Assembly (NCBI GenBank): GCA_023412745.1 | Contig: JAEZBZ010000276.1 | Location: 1 to 63,817, forward strand | Direction: 5' to 3' | Origin: Pseudomonadota bacterium | Lineage (GTDB): Bacteria > Pseudomonadota > Alphaproteobacteria > Rhizobiales > Hyphomicrobiaceae | Length of the DNA stretch: 63,817 bases | In this document: positions 9,853 to 19,483 of the stretch, in pieces | How the letters are laid out: every line of letters begins with the position of its first letter | Position numbering within the stretch: the first letter of the stretch is position 1 | Notes under the pieces: generated by a model | The model's input: the letters and a program-made list of their open reading frames with translations, nothing else | Told to the model about the DNA's origin: nothing | Database searches by the model: none | Made by a program: the position numbers and the translations under genes

Positions 9853-9935
9853 ATCTGGTCTCTCTCCGGCAGCGGGGGGAAGCTTATGGACTTGGCCTGC
9901 TCGCCGTGCGAGCGGGATCTGACAGGAGCAAAGTG

Positions 9936-11240
9936 ATGGCTCAATCTCTTCGCCGTGTTGCTGTGCTGGGCGGTGTGCGCATCCCGTTCTGCCGGTCAAA
10001 TACGCTGTACGCCGATCTGTCCAACCTCGAAATGATGACCGCCGTGCTCAATGGCATGGTCGACAAGTATCATCTCGAAGGCGAGCACATCGACGAAGTG
10101 ATAGGCGGTGCGGTGGTCAGCCACTCGAAGGATTGGAACATCGCGCGCGAAGCCGTGCTCGGCACCAAGCTGGCGCCCTCCACGCCTGGCATCACCATGG
10201 TGCAGGCGTGCGGCACCAGCCTGCAGGCGGCCATGAGCATCGCGGGCAATATCGCGTCGGGGCAGATCGAATGCGGTATTGCGATGGGTTCGGACACCAC
10301 GTCCGACGCGCCGATCGTGTTTTCCAAGCGTTTCGCCAATCGGCTGACGCAGATGACCCAGAAGAAGTCGATGTGGGACAAGATCAAGGTGTTCAAGGGC
10401 CTGTCGCCCGCCGAACTGGCGCCGCAGCCGCCATCCGTCGGCGAGCCGCGCACAGGGCTCAACATGGGCCAGCACACCGAGCTGATGGCGCAGGACTACA
10501 ACATCCCGCGCAGCGAGCAGGACCAGTTCGCCTACGAAAGCCACAAGAAGGCCGCCGAGGCCTATGCGTCGGGCTATCAGGATGATCTGATCATCCCGTG
10601 CGCCGGCGTGTTCCGCGACAACAACCTTCGCGAGGACATCGACCTTGAAAAGCTGGCGACGCTGAAGCCCGCGTTCGACAAAACGGGCCGCGGCACGCTG
10701 ACGGCGGCCAACTCGACGCCGCTGACCGATGGCGCGGCCGGGGTGCTGCTGGCATCGGAGGAGTGGGCGGCAAAGCACGGATTGCCGGTGCTGGCCTACC
10801 TGACCTTCTACCAGACGGCGGCCAATAACTTCGTCGGCGGTGACGGTCTGCTGATGGCCCCGACGATCGCCGTCTCGCAGATGCTGGATCGCGCGGGGCT
10901 AAAGCTGCAGGATTTCGATTTCTACGAGATCCACGAGGCGTTCGCCGCGCAGGTTCTGGCGACGCTGAAGGCATGGGAGGATCCCGAGTATTGTCGCAAG
11001 GTGCTGGGCAAGGATCACCCGCTCGGCGCCATCGACCGCGCGAAACTCAACGTCAAGGGCTCGTCGCTGGCCTACGGGCATCCGTTCGCCGCAACCGGCG
11101 CCCGGATCGTCGCCAACCTCGCCAAGATACTGCATGAGAACGGCGGACGTGGCTTGATTTCCGTTTGCACAGCCGGGGGCATGGGTGTTGCAGCTATCAT
11201 GGAGAGCCCACGCGCGGCTAATATGCAAATCGCTGCCTAA
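9936..11240 (+). CDS. fadI: Acetyl-CoA C-acyltransferase (thiolase)
   Basis: QACGTSL, HEAFA, GHPFAATG, VCTAGGMG thiolase motifs. Confidence 0.9.
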   Translation: MAQSLRRVAVLGGVRIPFCRSNTLYADLSNLEMMTAVLNGMVDKYHLEGEHIDEVIGGAVVSHSKDWNIAREAVLGTKLAPSTPGITMVQACGTSLQAAMSIAGNIASGQIECGIAMGSDTTSDAPIVFSKRFANRLTQMTQKKSMWDKIKVFKGLSPAELAPQPPSVGEPRTGLNMGQHTELMAQDYNIPRSEQDQFAYESHKKAAEAYASGYQDDLIIPCAGVFRDNNLREDIDLEKLATLKPAFDKTGRGTLTAANSTPLTDGAAGVLLASEEWAAKHGLPVLAYLTFYQTAANNFVGGDGLLMAPTIAVSQMLDRAGLKLQDFDFYEIHEAFAAQVLATLKAWEDPEYCRKVLGKDHPLGAIDRAKLNVKGSSLAYGHPFAATGARIVANLAKILHENGGRGLISVCTAGGMGVAAIMESPRAANMQIAA

Positions 11241-11263
11241 TACCAACACCGGCGGGGGATTGC

Positions 11264-12568
11264 ATGAGCAAGAGCGAACGTCAGCTTGCGGCTGCGCGCC
11301 AGTTGATCGGCATGGTGGCCGATCAGCTTGATCTGGACGCCTCCGTGCGGCTGTGGGACGGCTCGCGCGTGCCGCTGGGGCGCGATGTCAAAGGGCCGTT
11401 CGAGATTTCGATCGCGGGACCGGGTGTTATCGGGGCGCTGCTGCGCCGGCCGTCGCTCGACAACATCATCCGCCACTACATCGATGGCCTGATCGATTTC
11501 CGCGGCGGCACGCTGATCGACTTCGGCCTGCAACTGGAACGCGGCCGCCGCTCGGCCAAGCTGAAGGGGCTGAGCAAACTCACGCTGCTGCGGTCGCTGT
11601 CGTCGTTCCTGCTGGAGCCTGCGACCAAGCCGCAGGACGCGCACGGTTTCGATGGCGAGATCACCGGCCGGTCACAGAAGAAGCGCGACAACAAAGCGTT
11701 CGTGCAGTTCCACTACGACCTGTCGAACGACTTCTACGCGCTCTTCCTCGATCCTGAGATGGTCTACTCCTGCGCCTATTACACGGATTGGCAAAACGAT
11801 CTCGCCACCGCGCAGTACGACAAGCTGGAGATGATCTGCCGGAAGTTGCGGCTGAAGCCCGGCGATCGGTTTCTCGACATCGGCTGCGGCTGGGGCGGGT
11901 TGGTCTGCCACGCGGCCCGGCATCATGGCGTGATGGCGCACGGCATTACGCTGTCGCAAGAACAACTCGATTTCGCGCGCGAGAAGGTGGCGCGACTCGG
12001 TCTTGGCGACAAGATCACTCTCGAACTGAAGGACTATGCATCGGTCGAGGGCAAGTTCGACAAGATCGCCTCGATCGGTATGTACGAGCATATTGGCCTC
12101 GCCAACATTCCGAAGTACATGGGCAAGGTGCGTTCGCTGCTGACCGAGGACGGGCTGTTCCTCAATCACGCGATTTCGCGCCGCGCGCCGAAGCAATCCT
12201 GGCGGGGCCGGCGCATGCGTCCCGAGCAACGCGCGATTGCAAAATACATCTTCCCCGGCGGCGAACTGGACGACATCGGACATTCGGCCGTGGCAATGGA
12301 GCGCGCCGGTTTCGAGGTCAACGACATCGAAGCCTGGCGGCTGCACTATGCGCGCACCTGCCGGCTGTGGTGCGAGCGCCTGACCGCCGAACGCGAGAAG
12401 GCGATCGCCTACGTTGGCGAGGAGAAGTATCGTATCTGGGTGGTGTATCTCGCCGGCGTCTCGCTGGCGTTCACGCGCGGTACGCTGCGTATCTATCAGA
12501 CGCTGGCCAGCCGCAATGCCAAGGGCCCGTCGCCTCTGCCGCCGACGCGCGCCGATCTGTATCGCTAA
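11264..12568 (+). CDS. cfa: Cyclopropane-fatty-acyl-phospholipid synthase family methyltransferase
   Basis: HYDLSNDFY, YSCAY, LDIGCGWGG, KYIFPGG, HYARTC. Confidence 0.88.
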   Translation: MSKSERQLAAARQLIGMVADQLDLDASVRLWDGSRVPLGRDVKGPFEISIAGPGVIGALLRRPSLDNIIRHYIDGLIDFRGGTLIDFGLQLERGRRSAKLKGLSKLTLLRSLSSFLLEPATKPQDAHGFDGEITGRSQKKRDNKAFVQFHYDLSNDFYALFLDPEMVYSCAYYTDWQNDLATAQYDKLEMICRKLRLKPGDRFLDIGCGWGGLVCHAARHHGVMAHGITLSQEQLDFAREKVARLGLGDKITLELKDYASVEGKFDKIASIGMYEHIGLANIPKYMGKVRSLLTEDGLFLNHAISRRAPKQSWRGRRMRPEQRAIAKYIFPGGELDDIGHSAVAMERAGFEVNDIEAWRLHYARTCRLWCERLTAEREKAIAYVGEEKYRIWVVYLAGVSLAFTRGTLRIYQTLASRNAKGPSPLPPTRADLYR

Positions 12569-12629
12569 GTCGCGGGAAAACCTCTGCTTTGCCCAACTGA
12601 CGCTCAATTTCTGGTTGATTGTTGCGCAT

Positions 12630-12654
12630 GGAACCAACCAGCAGCGGCGGCGTT
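12630..12654 (+). promoter_or_regulatory. EcfG/sigmaT general-stress promoter
   Basis: GGAAC-N16-CGTT exact match upstream of the HhH gene. Confidence 0.65.
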
Positions 12655-12690
12655 GGTGGGTAGTTTTTGGGTAAAGAGGGCAAACTACTG

Positions 12691-12936
12691 ATGACGTTGA
12701 CGACTTTGGCTCGCGACCGCGAACAGAGTGCTCTCCGCGATCACTCATGCAGCACATTTGACCTCAACACAGCCTCACCGGATCTTCTGGCGGGTGTATC
12801 GGATGTCGGCCCGGCACGCGTTCAGGCCCTGGTTCAGCGTCGGCCGTTTCGCAATTGGGAAGACGTGGAGCGCGTTCCGGGGATCAGCGAGAGCATCATC
12901 GAGCGTTTGAAGCGCGGTGGTCTCTGCCTGGAGTAG
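12691..12936 (+). CDS. Stand-alone ComEA-like helix-hairpin-helix protein
   Basis: DLNTAS..L..V..VGP.R...LV..RPF..WEDV.RVPGIS HhH pattern. Confidence 0.8.
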   Translation: MTLTTLARDREQSALRDHSCSTFDLNTASPDLLAGVSDVGPARVQALVQRRPFRNWEDVERVPGISESIIERLKRGGLCLE

Positions 12937-12961
12937 GCGTTTCTTAAATTGAGCTACAGCA

Positions 12962-13005
12962 GTTGCGCCGTGGCGATTTCAGCACTGAATTCGCTGCGGC
13001 GCAGC
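12962..13005 (+). other. Long intergenic hairpin after the HhH gene
   Basis: GTTGCGCCGTGGCGATTTCAG / CTGAATTCGCTGCGGCGCAGC arms pair with several G-U wobbles. Confidence 0.4.
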
Positions 13006-13091
13006 ACGGCTATTTGTCGACAGCGGTGATGACGTCAGTCATGGTGATGCAGGGATAGTAGATCCCTTGTCGCTCCAGCCTGAATCATCCG

Positions 13092-14312
13092 GTGACCCAG
13101 CAGCCTTCCACGATGCGCGCGCTTTTTGCCGTGCCCGACTACCGACTCCTGTGGTTCAACGGCGCCGCGGTTGGCATGGCGCGTTGGCTTGAATTCCTTG
13201 CGCTCGGCGTGTTCGCCTACGAGGTAACCGGATCGCCGCAACTCGTGGCACTGGTCGCGATCGTGCGCATGGTGCCGTACATGCTGCTCGGCTTTCTGGT
13301 CGGCGCGTTGGCGGACTATCTCGATCGCCGCCGCATGCTGATGATCGCCTACTTCCTGGCCTTCCTGGCGACGGCCGTGATGGCTCTGATCGCCGCGGCC
13401 GGGTTGGCTGGCTATGGTATAGTCCTGACCAGCGCCATCATCAGTGGGTTGCTGTGGACCACTGATATGCCGCTCAGACGGCAGTTGATGATGGAAGCCG
13501 CCGGGCCGCAATACATCACCGCCGCCAGCAGCTTCGACAGCTCGACCATGTTCACGATGCGCGCGCTGGGGCCGCTGCTCGGGGGACTGGTGTATCAATG
13601 GCTGGGCATCACCGGCATCTTTGGTTTGAGCACGATCGTTTATTTGATCTGCTTCGTGCTGTCGGCCAGCCTTGAATTGCCCAACAGCGCGCCGCGGCCA
13701 TCCACTGCCGGCACGCGGCCGTCGCCGTTTGCAATCCTCATTCCGCCGCCTGAATTGCTGCGCAGTCGACCGCTGCTGATCGTGCTCGGCATCACGGTGG
13801 TGTTCAATATCTGGTGTTTCCCAGTCATCAGCATGGTGCCGGTGATCGGTGAGCGGGAGTTTGCCCTGTCCCCGGTCGGCATCGGAGCGCTGTCATCGTG
13901 CGAAGGCATCGGCGGCACCATCGGCGCGATTGTGATAGGTATGCTGGCGGGGCAGCGGTCGCTGTTCCGCCTTTACTATTTCGGCACGCTCAGTTTCGTC
14001 GCGCTGCTGCTGCTCATGTCGGCTTGGCTGACGCTCAGCGTGGCGGCGTTCTGCCTGTTCATGATCGGCGTCGCGTCTGCTGGCTTCGCGGCGAGCCAGT
14101 ATGCCCTGGTCTACACTATGGCGCCGCCGGAGATGCGCGGTCGCGCCACCGGATTCCTGGCCGTCTTCATCGGCACCTCGACCATCGGTTTTTATAATAC
14201 GGGCTGGCTTTTCGACCGCTTTGAAACCGTCGATGCGCTGCGCATCATGGCGATCCAGGGTATCGTGCCGCTGCTCATTCTCGGCGCGTTGTGGCTGAGA
14301 ACGAAGCGCTGA
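13092..14312 (+). CDS. MFS transporter
   Basis: About 12 hydrophobic segments, GALADYLDRRR motif A, APPEMRGRA. Confidence 0.9.
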   Translation: MTQQPSTMRALFAVPDYRLLWFNGAAVGMARWLEFLALGVFAYEVTGSPQLVALVAIVRMVPYMLLGFLVGALADYLDRRRMLMIAYFLAFLATAVMALIAAAGLAGYGIVLTSAIISGLLWTTDMPLRRQLMMEAAGPQYITAASSFDSSTMFTMRALGPLLGGLVYQWLGITGIFGLSTIVYLICFVLSASLELPNSAPRPSTAGTRPSPFAILIPPPELLRSRPLLIVLGITVVFNIWCFPVISMVPVIGEREFALSPVGIGALSSCEGIGGTIGAIVIGMLAGQRSLFRLYYFGTLSFVALLLLMSAWLTLSVAAFCLFMIGVASAGFAASQYALVYTMAPPEMRGRATGFLAVFIGTSTIGFYNTGWLFDRFETVDALRIMAIQGIVPLLILGALWLRTKR

Positions 14313-14332
14313 TCCGCGCTATGCTTGGCAGG

Positions 14333-15553
14333 CTATTTGCCAACGCCGCCGCCGTAGCCCGGCGGTCCGGGTGCGAAGCCGGTTGCTTCCGGCTCTTGCG
14401 GCACCAGCCGTAGCACCTCGCCGTTCTCATGATCGGTGATGAGCCAGATCGCGCCATCCTTATCCACCTGCACGTCGCGGATGCGGCGTTCGAGCGGAAT
14501 GATTTCCTCGGCAGTCACCTTGCCATCCTCGATGCGGGTGCGAACCAGCCCGTGCGCGGTCAGGCTCCCATGCAGCAGATTACCCGCCCACATGGGAAAC
14601 CGGCTGCCGTCATAGACCGCCAGGCCGGAGGGGGTGATCGGGCGCTGCCAGATATGAACCGGCGGCTGCATGCCTTCGACATAGGCGCCATTGCCGATCG
14701 GTGCCCCGGATTCATCGACGCCGCCGGTCTGGATCGGCCAGCCATAGTTCAGGCCGGGTTTGATCTGGTTGATCTCATCGCCACCTTTCGGGCCATGATC
14801 GCTGACCCACAGCGCGCCGGTGCGCGGTTCGATCGCCATGCCTTGGACGTTGCGATGTCCCCACGAATAGATCATCTCGTTTTTGCCGTCCTGCTCGACA
14901 AATGGGTTGTCAGGCGGCGTATAACCCTCGTCGGTGATGCGGACGATCGAGCCCGCGTGGTCGGTCAAATCCTGCGCGCGTGACATCTTCTGTCGATCGC
15001 CAACGGACAGCAGAATGTTGTTGGTTCCCGGCTCGAATACGAAGCGGCCGCCGAAGTGCATGCCGCTCGAGTCATGCACGTTCATCGAGTAGATGATTTC
15101 CACGTCATCAAGGCTAGGCGGGCCGCCGGTATCGCTGAGCCGTCCGCGGGCCAAGGCCGTTCCGGCGCCCTCAGATGAGGGCTGGGAGAAGCTCAGGTAA
15201 ACGAGGCGATTGCGCGCAAAATCGGGGTGCAGGGCAACGTGGAACAGCCCGCCCTGGCTCAGCTCGTCCGGGCCCTGATAGCGATAGACGTCCGGCACGT
15301 GCTCGACCGGCTCTGACAGCTCGCCAATCCCATTGCCGATCCGTAGTTGGCCGGAGTTGCGCTCTGTCACGAGGAACCGGCCATCGGGCAGCAGGGCCAA
15401 AGCCCACGGATGGTCGAGGCCGCTGGCGATCGTGTCGACGCGGACACGGACGAGATCGGTGTCGACGGTCCGCTGACCCTCAGCCCACGCCGGGACGAAG
15501 CCGAGAGCGGCCATCGATGTGGCTATCAGCGCCGAAACGATGGCGCTTCGCAT
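14333..15553 (-). CDS. PQQ-dependent soluble sugar dehydrogenase (GSDH/YliI family)
   Basis: Signal peptide, LDHPWALA, QGGL..VALHPDF, HFGGR, GHRNVQG, GGDEIN, NYGWP. Confidence 0.9.
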   Translation of the reverse strand: MRSAIVSALIATSMAALGFVPAWAEGQRTVDTDLVRVRVDTIASGLDHPWALALLPDGRFLVTERNSGQLRIGNGIGELSEPVEHVPDVYRYQGPDELSQGGLFHVALHPDFARNRLVYLSFSQPSSEGAGTALARGRLSDTGGPPSLDDVEIIYSMNVHDSSGMHFGGRFVFEPGTNNILLSVGDRQKMSRAQDLTDHAGSIVRITDEGYTPPDNPFVEQDGKNEMIYSWGHRNVQGMAIEPRTGALWVSDHGPKGGDEINQIKPGLNYGWPIQTGGVDESGAPIGNGAYVEGMQPPVHIWQRPITPSGLAVYDGSRFPMWAGNLLHGSLTAHGLVRTRIEDGKVTAEEIIPLERRIRDVQVDKDGAIWLITDHENGEVLRLVPQEPEATGFAPGPPGYGGGVGK

Positions 15554-15595
15554 GCACAACTCCATCTCAGTCCACCACCAATATTGTCGTCGGAG

Positions 15596-15620
15596 AACTC
15601 GGGGCGTTGGGCTCGGTTCC
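15596..15620 (-). promoter_or_regulatory. Probable EcfG/sigmaT promoter for the PQQ dehydrogenase
   Basis: Minus-strand GGAAC-N16-AGTT about 45 bp upstream of the start. Confidence 0.5.
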
Positions 15621-15875
15621 CTACGCACACACGCGTCGCGGCTGCGGTGTGGGTATGCCTTTCGGTGGGGGGACATGGCGAATGCCCGCCGCGTTTCATC
15701 GCTTGGTGTAGGCGCAGATCCGCCGGCGGAAGCGGCCAATCAACCGTACGGCGCGGTATCCCAGTAACCCATGCAATGCAGGCGGGCATACCGACAGGTG
15801 TTTGGCGGAGCGAGGGACGATCAGCGGTAGGCCGAGCCGGTGGCTATCGACAGCAGCGGTATGCGGGCCTGCCGG

Positions 15876-15906
15876 AACGAACGACGCGCGCGTTGCCGCG
15901 CGCGTC
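15876..15906 (-). terminator. Intrinsic terminator of the tct operon
   Basis: GACGCGCGCG-4nt-CGCGCGCGTC 10-bp stem followed by GTTCGTT on the minus strand. Confidence 0.5.
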
Positions 15907-15958
15907 TGGGCTCCATGGGAGCGAGTGGCATGGGCGGACAAGTGCCCGCCCGCGGAAG

Positions 15959-17458
15959 TCAACCTTGTTCCGCCGGGGCGGGTTTGGCGAACATCGGACG
16001 GCTCAGCATGTAGGCCCATAGAACCAGCGTCAGGACGCCGAGCGTTCCAGCGATCGGCCGTGAGAAGAAGCCGAGAATATCGCCGTCCGCCTTGATCATG
16101 GAGGTCATGAAGCTTTGCTCGAACAGTTCGCCGAGCACCAACCCGAGAATAATCGGCCCCACGGGGAAACCATTCTCCTCCAGTATCCAGCCGAACACGC
16201 CCAGGATGAGCATGATGATGACGCCATAGATCGAGTTGGTCATGGCGTAGGCCCCAACCATGCAGAAGATCAGGATGATCGGCAGCAGGATGTTGCGCGG
16301 TGTGCGCAGGGTCTGCTTGGCCAGCTTGATGCCGGCCCAGCCTACTGGAAGCATCAGCAGGTTGGCGAGAATGAAAATCATGAATACCGCATAGATGAGC
16401 TGCGGGTTTTCCAGGAACAGCGACGGACCCGGGTTCATGTTCTTCATGTAAAGCACGCCGATGACGATCGCCGTGATCGAATCGCCAGGGATGCCGAACA
16501 CCAGTGCCGGAATCCAGGCTGCCGCCACGGACGAGTTATTCGCGGACGTCGAGTCGACAATGCCCTCGATGTGTCCCTTGCCGAACTTTTCCGGCTCCTT
16601 CGAGAACTTCTTGGACACTGCATAGGAGATCCAGGCCGCAATGTCGGCGCCGGCGCCCGGCAGCGCACCGATCGCGGTGCCGATCGCCGAACCACGCAGG
16701 AAGTTGGGCCAATAAATGCGCCAGACTTGGCCGATACCTTTGAAGATGTTTCCGACCGACTGCTTCACGAGCTCGCCGGCCTGATCGATGGTCGTGATGT
16801 TGCGCAGCAGTTCCGAGATCGCGAATAGGCCGATCATGGCCGGAATGAAGCTGACGCCCTGAAGCAGCTCGACTGATCCGAACGTGAAGCGCGGTTGCCC
16901 GGCAGCCGGATCGATACCGACCGTCGCGATGGCCAGGCCGATCAGCAGGCTGGTAAAGCCCTTCAGCGGATCGGACTGCGCGATGAACGTGGCGCAGGTC
17001 AAACCGAGGCCTGCCAGCCAGAAGTACTCAAAGGACGAGAAGTTGAGTGCGATTTCCGCGAGCATCGGCGCCGCGACGATCAGGATCGCGACACCGAACA
17101 ATCCGCCGATGGCCGAGAACACGAGGTTGACGCCAAGGCATAGATCAAGCTGGCCCTTGCGGGTCATTTGATAGGCGTCGTCGGCGTAGGCGGCGGAGGC
17201 TGGCGTGCCGGGGATGCGTAGCATGGCGGCGGGAATATCGCCGGCAAAGATGGCCATTGCCGTTGCGGTTACGATGGCGCCGATGGCTGGCACGGGCGGC
17301 ATGAAGAAGGTGACCGGAACCAGCAGTGCCGTTGCCATCGTGGCAGTGAGGCCTGGGACCGAACCTACAAAGATACCGAAGATAGCTGCGAACAGGCAGA
17401 CCCACAGCACGTGCGGATCAAACACCAGGGCGGCCGCTTGAAAGAGGATATCGATCAT
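15959..17458 (-). CDS. tctA: Tripartite tricarboxylate transporter permease TctA
   Basis: GSVPGLTATM, IPGTPASAA, GALPGAGADIA, FGIPGD. Confidence 0.92.
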   Translation of the reverse strand: MIDILFQAAALVFDPHVLWVCLFAAIFGIFVGSVPGLTATMATALLVPVTFFMPPVPAIGAIVTATAMAIFAGDIPAAMLRIPGTPASAAYADDAYQMTRKGQLDLCLGVNLVFSAIGGLFGVAILIVAAPMLAEIALNFSSFEYFWLAGLGLTCATFIAQSDPLKGFTSLLIGLAIATVGIDPAAGQPRFTFGSVELLQGVSFIPAMIGLFAISELLRNITTIDQAGELVKQSVGNIFKGIGQVWRIYWPNFLRGSAIGTAIGALPGAGADIAAWISYAVSKKFSKEPEKFGKGHIEGIVDSTSANNSSVAAAWIPALVFGIPGDSITAIVIGVLYMKNMNPGPSLFLENPQLIYAVFMIFILANLLMLPVGWAGIKLAKQTLRTPRNILLPIILIFCMVGAYAMTNSIYGVIIMLILGVFGWILEENGFPVGPIILGLVLGELFEQSFMTSMIKADGDILGFFSRPIAGTLGVLTLVLWAYMLSRPMFAKPAPAEQG

Positions 17459-17470
17459 GTGCGCTGGACC

Positions 17471-17944
17471 TCAAAGAATGTGCAGGAGCAGGCCACGAGG
17501 CAGTGGCACGCGCAGGAGGTCTGCGAAAAACCAGTGAACCACGATGGTTGCGACCGGAGCCACGATCAACGCCGTCAGAAGGCGAACGCGTAGCCAAAGG
17601 AACAGCACCATGAGGATGGCAAAGGTGATCGGAATGAAGCCGATTTGCTCCGATGTGAAGATGTAGAGCAGCACCAGCGACAGCAGCAGAACGAAAGATG
17701 TGACGTTGCTGCCTTTGCGCGTCCATTCGGCAAATTCGACCATGCGGCCGCCATCACGGCGGCTGGACAGCCCGCGATATACGAGCAACAGGCCGCAAAT
17801 GATCAGGCCTGACGCCACTACCTGCGGGAATAATGCCGGTCCATACTTTTGTCCCGGAAAATCCGGAAAACCGAACGATATATATATCATGCTGGAGGCC
17901 AGCAGGATGAGTGCCAAGCCTGATATGCTGTCATTTATGCGCAT
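17471..17944 (-). CDS. tctB: Tripartite tricarboxylate transporter TctB
   Basis: 4-5 TMs, GPALFP, LRVPLPRG; lies between tctC and tctA. Confidence 0.88.
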   Translation of the reverse strand: MRINDSISGLALILLASSMIYISFGFPDFPGQKYGPALFPQVVASGLIICGLLLVYRGLSSRRDGGRMVEFAEWTRKGSNVTSFVLLLSLVLLYIFTSEQIGFIPITFAILMVLFLWLRVRLLTALIVAPVATIVVHWFFADLLRVPLPRGLLLHIL

Positions 17945-18192
17945 GTAAAACGTGCGGCTCCCTTGGCTTCCGCTTTAGACGCAAGGCGTCCGTCGCGTAG
18001 TTTCCTCTAGCGTGCGACAGTCGACGAACTTGCCATCTCGCCCGTCTTCCCGCGTTGCGGGCGACGTTGTCTTTGTCGAGAGCTTGGTAGTAACGGCGGT
18101 TCGTTCTGTTTCTTTGTTTACTGGGTTCGGTAGCAGAGTGCGTATGTCGGCCGCAACCAGAGATGAGCAGAGTGGTTGCGGCCGGCACATGT

Positions 18193-19191
18193 TTAAGCCT
18201 TCTTCGCCAGACCGGCAGCGGTCATGGCGGCCTTCATTTTGGCATCGCCCTCGGCCATGAACTTGGCGAACTCTGTCGGATCGCCCCAGGTCATGCCAAA
18301 GCCGCGCGATGTCATGAAATCCTTGAACTCCTTCGAGTCAAAAGCCTTCTTGAGGGCGGCCGTGACCTTCGTGGCCACTTCCGGTGGCAAGCCCTTCGGA
18401 CCTGCAATGCCGCGCCACGCGCCGACGGAATAAGGAATGCCGGCAGCTTCGGTCAACGTCGGTACGTCCTTGAAGGCGGCGTTGCGCTTCGGCGCCATGA
18501 CAGCCAGCGAAATAGCCTTTCCGGCATCGAGCATGGCTTTGGCTTCCGGCACCGAGCAGGTGACGATATCGACACCACCGGCGGCTAGGTCCTGCATGGC
18601 GGGCGCTGCGCCGTTCGACGGGACCCACGGCACGTGATCGGGCTTGAGGCCCATGGCGGTGAGCCAGCCGACCAGCGCAAGGTGCCAGATGCCGCCCTGA
18701 CCTGTGCCGGATGCCTTGAATGTACCGGCCGGCTTTGACTTGATGGCTTCCGAGAGGTCCTTGATGTTCTTGTAGGGACTGTCAGAGCGCACCTGGATAC
18801 CGGGCGGGTCTTCATTCATCAGCGCCAGCGGCGTGTAACTGGTCGGATTGAGCTCGGTCAGACCCTGATGATGCATCATCGTGATTTCGACCGTGATCAT
18901 GCCGAGCGTGTAACCGTCCGGTGTTGCGGTGGCGATAGCTGAGTGTCCTACCACACCTGAGCCGCCTGTGCGGTTCACGACATTGAACGGTTGGCCAAGG
19001 TCCTTTTCCAGGATCGCCGAGATGATGCGGGCGGTGGCATCGGTGCCGCCGCCAGCACCCCATGGGCAGATCACCTGCACGGGTCTGGAAGGATAGTTGG
19101 CTTGCGCCCATGACGGGCGTGTCCCGAGCGCAACTGCGGCCCCGGTCATCGCACCGGCCGTCAAAATCTGACGCCGACTGAAGTCTGCCAT
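18193..19191 (-). CDS. tctC: Tripartite tricarboxylate transporter substrate-binding protein TctC/Bug
   Basis: Tat motif SRRQIL, YPSRPV, PWGAGGGTD, NRTGGSG, PDGYTL. Confidence 0.92.
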   Translation of the reverse strand: MADFSRRQILTAGAMTGAAVALGTRPSWAQANYPSRPVQVICPWGAGGGTDATARIISAILEKDLGQPFNVVNRTGGSGVVGHSAIATATPDGYTLGMITVEITMMHHQGLTELNPTSYTPLALMNEDPPGIQVRSDSPYKNIKDLSEAIKSKPAGTFKASGTGQGGIWHLALVGWLTAMGLKPDHVPWVPSNGAAPAMQDLAAGGVDIVTCSVPEAKAMLDAGKAISLAVMAPKRNAAFKDVPTLTEAAGIPYSVGAWRGIAGPKGLPPEVATKVTAALKKAFDSKEFKDFMTSRGFGMTWGDPTEFAKFMAEGDAKMKAAMTAAGLAKKA

Positions 19192-19483
19192 ATCGTTTGT
19201 TCTCCCTAGTTAACACGGCCGGCTGAACCCGGCCGATTCTTGTCATTGGAAGCAACGTATAGAGACGGGGGTGCAGTTGACAAGTTGGACGGCAAATTTG
19301 ACCGCTCAACGCAGGCACAACGGCAGCCGCAATGGGTCGCGGTCTGATCAACAGCCTTTGTTTGGCCAAATCTTTTCGTTCAGGCTATGTAGGCATTTGT
19401 TGCGGGCAACAGACTGCTTCGCAGTTCGTTTGATCATGAGACAACCAATCGAGTTCGAGATGCGGAATCGGAAATCCGAACAG

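Noticed and set aside
7981..9999. Long antisense ORFs (e.g. 7981-9999, 19385-20761, 45355-46692, 49777-50910)
   Set aside because: They mirror well-supported genes; expected with GC-rich codon bias.
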